Virus record (IMG/VR): IMGVR_UViG_2603880148_000005
Coordinates: 1 to 13,700 of that record
Direction: 5' to 3' (one strand)
DNA length: 13,700 nt
Origin: a virus
Lineage: Duplodnaviria > Heunggongvirae > Uroviricota > Caudoviricetes
The position numbers were made by a program, and so were the translations under genes. Shown piece after piece: positions 1 through 7,098 of this stretch. The notes beneath the pieces are model-generated. The model was not told the DNA's origin. It saw only the letters and a program-made list of their open reading frames with translations, and ran no database searches. Positions within the stretch are counted from its first letter, which is position 1. Each line of letters opens with the position of its first letter.

Positions 1-379
1 TGATTGTTACCGTCTGCGATGGCAAATTGAACTGGCTTTTAAGCGGCTCAAAAGTTTGCTGCACCTGGATGCTTTGCGTGCAAAGGAACCTGAACTCGCG
101 AAAGCGTGGATATTTGCTAATCTACTCGCCGCATTTTTAATTGACGACATAATCCAGCCATCGCTGGATTTCCCCCCCAGAAGTGCCGGATCCGAAAAGA
201 AGAACTAACTCGTTGTGGAGAATAACAAAAATGGTCATCTGGAGCTTACAGGTGGCCATTCGTGGGACAGTATCCCTGACAGCCTACAAAACGCAATTGA
301 AGAACGCGAGGCATCGTCTTAACGAGGCACCGAGGCGTCGCATTCTTCAGATGGTTCAACCCTTAAGTTAGCGCTTATG
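1..379 (+). mobile_element. IS186-like (IS4 family) insertion sequence, right-hand portion; the window begins inside the element
   Basis: Frame 2 encodes a transposase C-terminus. Reverse complement of 334-379 reads CATAAGCGCTAACTTAAGGGTTGAACCATC..., which matches my recollection of the IS186 terminal inverted repeat. The flank at 380 onward (GGACCCGCCCCCGC) is the GC-rich kind of target IS186 favours. Identity to IS186 is from memory, not a search. Confidence 0.65.
2..208 (+). CDS. IS4-family DDE transposase, C-terminal fragment (5' end outside window)
   Basis: Translation ...DCYRLRWQIELAFKRLKSLLHLDALRAKEPELAKAWIFANLLAAFLIDDIIQPSLDFPPRSAGSEKKN, stop TAA at 206-208. Contains the Y-x2-R-x3-E signature of IS4-family transposases. 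Confidence 0.75.
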   Translation, partial: DCYRLRWQIELAFKRLKSLLHLDALRAKEPELAKAWIFANLLAAFLIDDIIQPSLDFPPRSAGSEKKN

Positions 380-452
380 GGACCCGCCCCCGCACCAACA
401 ACCCTGTTATCGTGTCGTCTGCTCTTCCTGATAAGCTAATGGCGGTTTGTGA

Positions 453-528
453 TGGTGGCCCTTGCTGGATTTGAACCAGCGACCTGGCGATTATGAGTCG
501 CTCGCTCTCACCACTGAGCTAAAGGGCC
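453..528 (-). tRNA. tRNA with CAU anticodon (elongator Met or lysidine-type Ile2; resembles E. coli ileX/ileY as I recall them), 76 nt, CCA encoded
   Basis: Reverse complement GGCCCTTTAGCTCAGTGGTGAGAGCGAGCGACTCATAATCGCCAGGTCGCTGGTTCAAATCCAGCAAGGGCCACCA folds as a cloverleaf: acceptor GGCCCTT/AAGGGCC, D stem GCTC/GAGC, anticodon stem GCGA/TCGC with loop CTCATAA, T stem GCTGG/CCAGC with TTCAAAT loop, discriminator A. Confidence 0.85.
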
Positions 529-577
529 GGAAGCAGAATAATAATGGTGCGTAATTAATTCTGCAATCTCATCCGTT

Positions 578-1627
578 TCAAACGATTAAATCCTGAACTT
601 CCCTGACTGTCTGCTCAAAACGTCCGGTCTCCAGTTCAACGCCAATCGCACGACGCCCCAGTGCCATCGCCGCTTTTACCGTTGAACCCGACCCCATGAA
701 AAAATCTGCAACCAGGTCACCCGGACGACTGCTTGCGCTGATTATCTGCTGCAGCATTTCTGCCGGTTTTTCGCACGGATGTTTCCCGGGATAGAACTGC
801 ACCGGTTTATGTGTCCACACATCCGTGTACGGCACCTGCGCCGTCACACCAAAATACCGCCGCAGATGCTTATATTCACTCTGCAGCTCCACATACTGCC
901 GGTTCAGTGACGTATACGTATCCACCAGCTGGTGGTGGGGCTTTTCCAGTTCACCGCGCTGATGTTTCTCTTCTGCCACCCGGGCAAACAGCGACTGTAA
1001 TTTCAGATAATCGCTTTCGTTCGGTAGCTGCCACTGACTGGCACTGAACCAGTGCGACACCATGTTTTTCTTTCCTGTGACATCTGCAATCTGTTTTGCC
1101 GTTATCCCCAGGGCCGCGCGCGCATCACGAAAGTAAGAAATCAGCGGGGCCATCACATGCTGTTTCAGTGCACTGCCCTTCGCCGCATACCCGGCATCTT
1201 TCGGACGATACGGCCCCTGATAATGTTCCGCGAACAGAATGCGCTCTGTGGCGGGGAAATACGCCCGCAGGCTTTCCTTGTTGCATCCGTTCCAGCGTCC
1301 GGACGGCTTCGCCCAGATAATATGGTTCAGCACACTGAAGCGTTCACGCATCATGATTTCGATATCAGATGCCAGGCGATGACCACAGAACAGGTAAAGA
1401 CTTCCGGCAGGTTTCAGCACCCGCCAGAACTGCGCCAGACACTGGTCCAGCCACTTCAGGTAATCATCGTCGCCCTTCCACTGGTTATCCCAGCCTTCAG
1501 GCTTCACTTTAAAGTACGGCGGGTCCGTGACTATCAGGTCAACAGAATTTTCGGGTAACGACCGGATAAATTCCAGGCAGTCGGCGTTGATTAACTCACA
1601 ACTGGATATTTTTACAGTATTAAGCAT
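578..1627 (-). CDS. DNA N6-adenine (or N4-cytosine) methyltransferase, beta-class, orphan
   Basis: 349 aa. DPPY catalytic motif near the N-terminus (LIVTDPPYF) and the SAM-binding motif FFMGSGST near the C-terminus; this motif order defines beta-class amino-methyltransferases. No nuclease partner adjacent. Confidence 0.85.
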   Translation of the reverse strand: MLNTVKISSCELINADCLEFIRSLPENSVDLIVTDPPYFKVKPEGWDNQWKGDDDYLKWLDQCLAQFWRVLKPAGSLYLFCGHRLASDIEIMMRERFSVLNHIIWAKPSGRWNGCNKESLRAYFPATERILFAEHYQGPYRPKDAGYAAKGSALKQHVMAPLISYFRDARAALGITAKQIADVTGKKNMVSHWFSASQWQLPNESDYLKLQSLFARVAEEKHQRGELEKPHHQLVDTYTSLNRQYVELQSEYKHLRRYFGVTAQVPYTDVWTHKPVQFYPGKHPCEKPAEMLQQIISASSRPGDLVADFFMGSGSTVKAAMALGRRAIGVELETGRFEQTVREVQDLIV

Positions 1628-1764
1628 GGATCATTAAGCCTGTCTCTGATAGGCTCATTCTGCTTTTGCGCAAAGCAGTGGGCCTGAGGTTTGCTTGTGA
1701 ACCCAACGCATGAGCAGATGGCTGGTGGGTGCCCCTAACACCCACCAGCCGCCCATTTACCACA

Positions 1765-1791
1765 AATAAAAAAGCCTTCACTGCGGAAGGC
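1765..1791 (-). terminator. Rho-independent terminator candidate (second terminator of the late leader)
   Basis: Plus-strand GCCTTC(actgcg)GAAGGC hairpin at 1774-1791 preceded by AAAAAA; on the minus strand this is a hairpin followed by TTTTTTATTTG. Overlaps the 3' end of the small ORF. Confidence 0.5.
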
Positions 1792-1975
1792 GTCTGTAAC
1801 AACCGAACTGATAGTCTGCCAGCCCCGCCATAACCAGCTGGGTCAGTATTAACTGGCAGCGTTCGCGTGAAAGGTAAGTATTCTGCGCTATCTCCCCGAC
1901 TGTCGCCGGTTCGGTAACGCTTAATTCATTAAACACCACTCTGGCGGTTTCTGTCATATCCTGCTGTTTTAGCAT
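1778..1975 (-). CDS. Hypothetical small protein (65 aa) in the late leader between two terminators
   Basis: ORF track 1778..2062 trimmed to ATG at 1975-1973, which is preceded by AAAAGGGAAAAAGAC (AAGGGA Shine-Dalgarno-like). Protein MLKQQDMTETARVVFNELSVTEPATVGEIAQNTYLSRERCQLILTQLVMAGLADYQFGCYRRLPQ. No family recognised. Confidence 0.4.
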   Translation of the reverse strand: MLKQQDMTETARVVFNELSVTEPATVGEIAQNTYLSRERCQLILTQLVMAGLADYQFGCYRRLPQ

Positions 1976-2094
1976 GTCTTTTTCCCTTTTCCGGTTAACG
2001 TGACACACCAATAACTCTTGTCGAAAAAGCCAGCAAGCTGAAAGACAGGTATTCACCGCCACCAGCGCGTTTACTGTACTGACGCGATTTCAGT

Positions 2095-2119
2095 CATAAA
2101 AAACCCGCCAGGCGGCGGG
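2095..2119 (-). terminator. tR'-like rho-independent terminator immediately downstream of pR'
   Basis: Stem CCCGCC (2104-2109) / GGCGGG (2114-2119), loop AGGC, A6 run at 2098-2103; on the minus strand this is a GC hairpin followed by TTTTTTAT. Confidence 0.6.
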
Positions 2120-2154
2120 GTGTAAAAAATCTTCTAACGTCAGGCATAAAACGC

Positions 2155-2196
2155 CCATCGTTAGGGCAAATTTACCACAGATTCGGGAAAAATCAA
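2155..2196 (-). promoter_or_regulatory. Late promoter pR' with qut-like pause element (lambda-type)
   Basis: Minus strand reads TTGATT-N16-TAAATTTGCCCTAACGATGGG. The -10 TAAATT and the downstream AACGATGGG match lambda pR' (GGTAAATTTGACTCAACGATGGG, as I recall it) at about 20 of 23 positions. -35 at plus 2191-2196, -10 at 2169-2174, predicted start near 2161. Confidence 0.6.
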
Positions 2197-2201
2197 CAAC
2201 A

Positions 2202-3023
2202 CTATCGCGTTACCCTCTTTAACTGCCGCTCCGCCCATGCCTCTTCAATGTCAAACCGAACCACCAACGTATCGTAAAAGCGTTTCACTGATTTTTTCCA
2301 CGTATCAAGCGTGATAGCACTCGTCACTTTGCATATGGCATTAAATGCCTCCGTTGATGGCAGCCTTTCACAGCCACGACCACCACAACGCTGGCAATCT
2401 CTGATAACAGGCATACCACGTTTTACCGACTCTTCACGATGAATGGCGACACCACGCCCACGGCAATCCTTACAGGCGGTGGAAACCTCACCCTTTCCGC
2501 CACACTCCGGACAGGCAACTTTTACCACCTCCCTGACTTTTTTCCATTCTTCCCAGTAAGACGGATACACGCCTTTTGTGCACTTTGCCCACACTGGTGG
2601 CTTACCATCCGGATACTGGATCTTGTTTGTAAAAACCTCGCTTTCAATAAATTTTTTTCCGTGACAGCAGGGGCACTGTTTTTTGCTCGCCGCGCTACGG
2701 GCATAATCTTCAAACGCATACGAAGCCATAATGCGCATCACTACCGGTTTTATTTCTGCCGGAAGTTTTCTCAACGCCGCCACACGATCGCACCGACTGA
2801 GTGCATAATCTGCCAGTAATTCTGTTGCCCGCGCCCTGTCATTCATACTGATGCCCATTTTCCCCAGGAACGCAGAAAACCCCATCTCAGCCCGATTCTG
2901 TGTCATGCCCTGCGCGGCCATCACATCAGTGATACTCAGCGCATCTTTTGACGTTGAGGCCGATGCATCGGTCAGGCCAGGGGATTTTGGGGAGTAGTAT
3001 TTCGGTAAATCTTCCAGTTTCAT
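2202..3023 (-). CDS. Late antiterminator, lambda Q family, with an expanded cysteine-rich insertion
   Basis: 273 aa. N-terminus MKLEDLPKYYSPKSPGLTDASASTSKDALSITDVMAAQGM and C-terminus TWKKSVKRFYDTLVVRFDIEEAWAERQLKRVTR align with lambda Q as I recall it (MRLESVAKFHSPKSP...GTDVMAAMGM / ...TWSRTVKPLYDALVV...NAVTR). Sits directly upstream of the pR'/qut module. Start ATG overlaps the rusA stop (ATGA). Confidence 0.85.
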   Translation of the reverse strand: MKLEDLPKYYSPKSPGLTDASASTSKDALSITDVMAAQGMTQNRAEMGFSAFLGKMGISMNDRARATELLADYALSRCDRVAALRKLPAEIKPVVMRIMASYAFEDYARSAASKKQCPCCHGKKFIESEVFTNKIQYPDGKPPVWAKCTKGVYPSYWEEWKKVREVVKVACPECGGKGEVSTACKDCRGRGVAIHREESVKRGMPVIRDCQRCGGRGCERLPSTEAFNAICKVTSAITLDTWKKSVKRFYDTLVVRFDIEEAWAERQLKRVTR

Positions 3024-3394
3024 TTTTTGACCTGCTCTTCATGCATTATGGGGTAAATCTTCACCCCCATACGTCCACCAGATACTGGCTGACCACGAAC
3101 GATATTGATTTCATCAAACTGCTCATCGTCCATTAACACTCCCGCATGCGTCAGCGCATCCAGCGGTGCTTTCAGGATATTGTCCAGGTCGCGACGACGC
3201 TTATCCGGTGGCTCTGCAATCACCTTTATCGCCAGCCTTCCGGACAGGCTTAATTTCAGCCGCTGCTGGCGAACAATAAGCGCCACAGCCCGGCGATAAC
3301 GCTTTCCCTCCTCCGAGATAAAATATGTGCTGCCACGGCGTCGCCAGTAAGTGTTCACCGTCGGCGGGTAAGGTAAAACCAAATCTATGAGCAT
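3020..3394 (-). CDS. rusA: Holliday junction resolvase RusA
   Basis: 124 aa with PDKRRRDLDNILKAPLDALTHAGVLMDDEQ, matching the RusA catalytic region (E. coli RusA has [28 protein letters not shown] as I recall). SD AGAGGTGA precedes the ATG at 3394. Confidence 0.9.
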   Translation of the reverse strand: MLIDLVLPYPPTVNTYWRRRGSTYFISEEGKRYRRAVALIVRQQRLKLSLSGRLAIKVIAEPPDKRRRDLDNILKAPLDALTHAGVLMDDEQFDEINIVRGQPVSGGRMGVKIYPIMHEEQVKK

Positions 3395-3406
3395 CAGTCA
3401 CCTCTT

Positions 3407-4453
3407 TTACCCAAGCACGCCAGTTGCAAAGGCGTGATCAAGAAAACGAAAAATTAAATCAACCTGAGAACCATGCTTTTCTTCGAACGCCAGAGGATCC
3501 GCATGAAGCTCGTTGTGATGCTCCCGACACAGCGGTAGCGTGAAAATATCGTGAGATTTTGTCCCCATTCCGCCCTGACCATGACCAATCAGGTGATGGG
3601 GATCGTCGGCTGGCTTACCACAACACGCACACGGCTGTGTCTTCACCCAGCGTGTGTATTTCTCGTTAACCCAGCGGCGACGTTTAGGTCGTTTCATGAA
3701 AGATTCCGGAGACTCAGGATCAACGGCAATGCTGACCACCGTCTCTTCCTGTGGCGGGTTTTGCTGGTGGGCGTGAGGCAGCGGCGCAAGATTTTTTGTG
3801 CGCTGCTTCAGTATGCTGGTGGCGGTCTGCTCTCCCGGTACGATGTCGCTTTCACGGTACATTGAGCGGATTTTTTCCGCACGCAACCCCAGCGAACGAC
3901 GTAATACCGCTTCCGGTAGCGCGTCCGCCACCTGATTGCGGACCGCCCACCAGGATAATTCAGCCAGCGATAATTCCCGTTCCTGCGAGCCATTCATTGC
4001 ATGGCGTATGACGTCAATCATCCATGCAGACAGGTTTTGGTGAGCAAGTTGCCCGAGTGATTCGGAGGTCTGGTCGCGCAGCTGGTTGTCGCAGTGCCAG
4101 CACAACACCATTGCGCCGGTACCATAACGGTGAATGACGGTTTCACTGTGGTGATAATCGCCGTGTGGCCACTGGCAGGATTTAACATGGCGCAGTAACC
4201 AGTCAGACAATGCGCCAGCGCCACCAGCAGCACGAATCACTCGTTCGTCGCTGAAAAATGGCAGTAATGATTTATCCTCCGCCAGCGGCTGGCGAACGAC
4301 AGGAACGACCCCGGACGGCAGATTACGCATGCTTTTCGGTTCCGGCTCCACCAGTACCCGGGTATTGTGGAATACCGGCATGGATTCACGGCCCGGCTTA
4401 ACGATCACCAGCCCGAGTTCCGGTACCAGAACAGGTCGAAGTAATACCCGCAC
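3407..4453 (-). CDS. YdfU-like prophage protein (DUF968-type, from memory) with C-terminal HNH/zinc-finger-like motif
   Basis: 348 aa, GTG start at 4453 preceded by GGAGG. C-terminus CACCGKPADDPHHLIGHGQGGMGTKSHDIFTLPLCREHHNELH has a Cys/His pattern like HNH nucleases. Same size and same position (just upstream of Q) as ydfU in the K-12 Qin prophage; that assignment is a recollection. Confidence 0.65.
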   Translation of the reverse strand: MRVLLRPVLVPELGLVIVKPGRESMPVFHNTRVLVEPEPKSMRNLPSGVVPVVRQPLAEDKSLLPFFSDERVIRAAGGAGALSDWLLRHVKSCQWPHGDYHHSETVIHRYGTGAMVLCWHCDNQLRDQTSESLGQLAHQNLSAWMIDVIRHAMNGSQERELSLAELSWWAVRNQVADALPEAVLRRSLGLRAEKIRSMYRESDIVPGEQTATSILKQRTKNLAPLPHAHQQNPPQEETVVSIAVDPESPESFMKRPKRRRWVNEKYTRWVKTQPCACCGKPADDPHHLIGHGQGGMGTKSHDIFTLPLCREHHNELHADPLAFEEKHGSQVDLIFRFLDHAFATGVLG

Positions 4454-4454
4454 G

Positions 4455-4733
4455 TTACCTCCAGATGCGTTGCTGGAATGTGCGGGACGGACGCGGTGGG
4501 CGTTCGGAATAAGGGAGTCTGACGTAGATTATCCAGTGACGATAATCGAGGGTGAGGGCTTTCCTAAACTCATATCCACGTCTGCGGTAGTTATGAATCA
4601 GCCATTCGGCCTGTTCTTCAGTGCATGGGGGATGCTGGAACCAGTCAGATTTGAAAGTGCGGGAACGCCGCCCGTGCCTGCTGGCAAAGACGGCAGAATC
4701 ATCAGAATTGTGTAATTTGGTATCGTGCGCCAT
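4455..4733 (-). CDS. Hypothetical protein (92 aa from the internal ATG)
   Basis: ORF track 4455..4814 starts at a TTG that lies inside the terminator T-tract, so I trimmed to the only in-frame ATG (4733-4731), which has only a weak SD. Stop abuts the next gene's start. No family recognised. Confidence 0.4.
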   Translation of the reverse strand: MAHDTKLHNSDDSAVFASRHGRRSRTFKSDWFQHPPCTEEQAEWLIHNYRRRGYEFRKALTLDYRHWIIYVRLPYSERPPRPSRTFQQRIWR

Positions 4734-4802
4734 CGGTTGTCTCTGCTGGCGCAGCAGGTGCCAGTTGTTCAGGCTGGCGTGTGGATTGTAAACCAGAATG
4801 CC

Positions 4803-4831
4803 AGGAAAAAACAAAACCCGCGAAGCGGGTT
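4803..4831 (-). terminator. Rho-independent terminator after the nuclease gene
   Basis: Hairpin AACCCGC(gaa)GCGGGTT at 4815-4831; on the minus strand it is followed by TTGTTTTTTCC (reverse complement of 4801-4814). Confidence 0.6.
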
Positions 4832-4903
4832 AGTAAAAATGTACTGAAGTCAATGACGTGCCATCACAGTTAAAATATGACAGACTCTATTTACGTAGAG
4901 ATG

Positions 4904-5782
4904 TCAGACTGCAAGATCCAAGGGAAGATCAGAAATATCCTTTAATCTTTTACCATTAACCATCACGGAAAGCATGTCAGCTGCATCGCTGAGCCCCAGT
5001 ATTTCAACTGCTGATATAAGTTCATAAAGCGCAAAATGATACACGCAATCTATATCACCAGTACCAAGAGCAATAGACGCCAGACGACTTGGAGTAGGCT
5101 CAGCAGTAACAACCATTACATGAGGGAGATTTCCCTTACGGTTGCGAATAAGATTTAATGCCTCAGAACGAGCATTCTGGGCCCGGTCGCTTCTTATTGT
5201 CCATTTGCAGGAAATACTTGCGTGTAATATTGGTTTCCCACCATTCGAACTCCTGAGAGCTGACATGCGGGTAACAGAATCATCCACCAGTAATTCAGGA
5301 CTGTTGATAACTTGATCACATTCAGGTTCTCTTTCAACAATAATATCTGGTGAAATCGTATAATCACTCCCCAGTGCAGCAGCTAGCTGAGGATTACTTT
5401 TTGCAGCACTATCCAATGCTATAAGATGGGCATATTGTTCATATTTAGCTATCTCTAATCTGTTTCTACCAGAAACCTGATGTACATTCCATTTTCCAGG
5501 GCGTAAGTGGCTGAGTTTAAAAAAGGTTTTTTCTATAAACTCTGCGCAGATACTCTCAAACTGATTACCAGATGTTTGCCCTGCAACACGTTCACCAATC
5601 GTTTCAGCCTGCAAGAAGCGAGCAATTTCTCTTGCTATAGCTTTACTGTTTTTGTTACTGCTATCTGCGTTACTAACAACTCCGGCAGTATTAATTGTGA
5701 GCGTATTCAGTAACAATTGGGCATGAAACTCCTTTCTGGCTTCAGCAAAACCAACTATGCTGTCAACCAAATCTCCATTCAT
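4904..5782 (-). CDS. Putative Type II restriction endonuclease (PD-(D/E)xK fold, PD...SxK...E variant), partner of the upstream C5-methyltransferase
   Basis: ORF track 4904..5917 overlaps the methyltransferase, so I trimmed to ATG 5782-5780, which is 13 nt after the methyltransferase stop and preceded by AAGGAA. Motifs ISPDIIVERE then ISCKWT then E about 17 residues on, resembling the Cfr10I/NgoMIV/SsoII-type active site. Family call is motif-level only. Confidence 0.5.
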   Translation of the reverse strand: MNGDLVDSIVGFAEARKEFHAQLLLNTLTINTAGVVSNADSSNKNSKAIAREIARFLQAETIGERVAGQTSGNQFESICAEFIEKTFFKLSHLRPGKWNVHQVSGRNRLEIAKYEQYAHLIALDSAAKSNPQLAAALGSDYTISPDIIVEREPECDQVINSPELLVDDSVTRMSALRSSNGGKPILHASISCKWTIRSDRAQNARSEALNLIRNRKGNLPHVMVVTAEPTPSRLASIALGTGDIDCVYHFALYELISAVEILGLSDAADMLSVMVNGKRLKDISDLPLDLAV

Positions 5783-5795
5783 TTCTGGATTTCCT

Positions 5796-6920
5796 TCAGG
5801 CTGCTTGACTATTCTTACTGATGTTATTCTTATACCGTCCCTGCAAAACTCCATACACATATTGTGCGATTTTTGCCGCAAATAGCGGTGGAACAGCATT
5901 CCCGATCTGCTTTGCAATCTCAGTTTTTGAACCGGTAAAAATGAAATTATCAGGAAAAGACATTAATCTCGCTGCCTCACGATGAGTTATTGGCCGATCC
6001 TCTTCCGGATGTAAATATCGCCCTTTCTCCGGTTTGAAAAACTCAGTACGAATCGTTACTGAAGGTCTGTCCCACCACAGACGTCCAAACAAATCGGTCC
6101 CTCCAGATTTCTTTTTTAGCCAGCACGCCGGGGTTATATCAGGTCTTTTTTTCTGTAAATCGAAACGGTTACCTCCTGGTGGAACCGCTTTATATCGCTC
6201 CAAAGAAACAGGTGTGGGATTACGCCCAAAATGTAAGTTCAGCGGAGGAAGTTCATTACGAATATCAGTTCCAACAGGAGCAGGTAAGTCACCAATTGCA
6301 TCACGCGTACAGACCCATTCAGGCAAAGCGACATCCTTATCAGGGGAACGATGCGTTGGTGCTGGCGGGAACGCCGGAATACTATGCACATCGAAGAGTT
6401 CTCGTTTGATACCGATTGCTATCGTTCGTTTTCTTGTCTGAGGTACTCCATAGTCAGCAGTATTCAACACCATTGGATTAAGCAGAATAAAGCCCATGGA
6501 TTTCGCTCTAAACGTAATGTCCGCAAACTCATCGCTTATCAGCAATCCGGGGACATTTTCCATGACGAACATACAAGCCCTTGAACGCTCAATGACATCC
6601 ATATAAGGCTCCCACAATGCTCTTCGGTGATCACCATAACGATTCTTATTTAATAAACTGAATCCCTGACACGGGGGGCCACCTATGACCACATCAGCCT
6701 CAGGAACAGTATTGCTGGATGCCCACTCCTCAATATTTGCCTGAACTCCATGCAAACCAAAATTGGCATTGTAGGTATTTATAGCTGCAGCATTATTATC
6801 AATAGCAAGGATACTTTCAAAGTAGTCAGACATCTCTCCATGAAGAAAACCATAAGATAATCCACCTGCCCCACAAAAGAGGTCTATCACTCTGAATTTA
6901 TTTAATTCTTTCATCCGCAT
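5796..6920 (-). CDS. DNA cytosine-5 methyltransferase
   Basis: 374 aa with the canonical C5-MTase motifs in order: FCGAGG (I), GGPPCQGFS (IV, catalytic Cys), ENV (VI), QTRKR (VIII), GNAVPP (X). Confidence 0.9.
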   Translation of the reverse strand: MRMKELNKFRVIDLFCGAGGLSYGFLHGEMSDYFESILAIDNNAAAINTYNANFGLHGVQANIEEWASSNTVPEADVVIGGPPCQGFSLLNKNRYGDHRRALWEPYMDVIERSRACMFVMENVPGLLISDEFADITFRAKSMGFILLNPMVLNTADYGVPQTRKRTIAIGIKRELFDVHSIPAFPPAPTHRSPDKDVALPEWVCTRDAIGDLPAPVGTDIRNELPPLNLHFGRNPTPVSLERYKAVPPGGNRFDLQKKRPDITPACWLKKKSGGTDLFGRLWWDRPSVTIRTEFFKPEKGRYLHPEEDRPITHREAARLMSFPDNFIFTGSKTEIAKQIGNAVPPLFAAKIAQYVYGVLQGRYKNNISKNSQAA

Positions 6921-7003
6921 CCATATGCCTCAGATTAATGTTGAGCGTCTTACAGGACGCGTAATGTTAACTGGGGCTTTCTCTATCTGCCTTTTGGTGT
7001 TCA

Positions 7004-7028
7004 TGCCTGAGGCAGACAGCCTCAGGCA
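7004..7028. repeat. Perfect 10-bp-stem inverted repeat in the QueH-like/methyltransferase intergenic region
   Basis: TGCCTGAGGC (7004-7013), loop AGACA, GCCTCAGGCA (7019-7028). No T-tract on either side, so not a canonical intrinsic terminator. Confidence 0.5.
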
Positions 7029-7098
7029 CCCGCAGCAATTCTACTTAACTCACGTCACCTCGCCAATATGAAATCAATCAGAAAGGTGATCCATAAAA

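Noticed and set aside
183-371. 62-aa plus-strand ORF
   Set aside because: Lies entirely within the non-coding tail of the IS186-like element between the transposase stop and the terminal repeat; no SD, no recognisable protein features.
453-528. Possibility that the CAU tRNA is an initiator tRNA-fMet
   Set aside because: Positions 1 and 72 form a G-C pair and the anticodon stem lacks the three consecutive G-C pairs characteristic of bacterial initiators.
811-1558. Plus-strand ORFs 811..1047, 1052..1558 and 1096..1320
   Set aside because: Antisense to the well-supported N6-methyltransferase gene; low-complexity Pro/Arg/Ala-rich translations typical of shadow frames.
1722-1748. 10-bp-stem hairpin considered as an intrinsic terminator
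   Set aside because: No T-tract follows it on either strand, so I did not call it a terminator; kept only as part of the structured-leader observation.
1620-1802. 60-aa minus-strand ORF
   Set aside because: Spans the hairpin-rich leader and terminator between the small late ORF and the methyltransferase; translation looks like noise.
2439-2819. Plus-strand ORFs 2439..2819 and 2948..3136, and minus-strand 2522..2719
   Set aside because: Overlap the Q and rusA coding regions in other frames; the Q and RusA assignments are strongly supported.
3551-4233. ORFs 3551..3865, 3751..4011, 3808..3993 and 4018..4233
   Set aside because: Shadow frames inside the 348-aa YdfU-like gene.
5507-6584. Plus-strand ORFs 5507..5713, 6034..6441, 6179..6409 and 6351..6584
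   Set aside because: Antisense to the nuclease and C5-methyltransferase genes.
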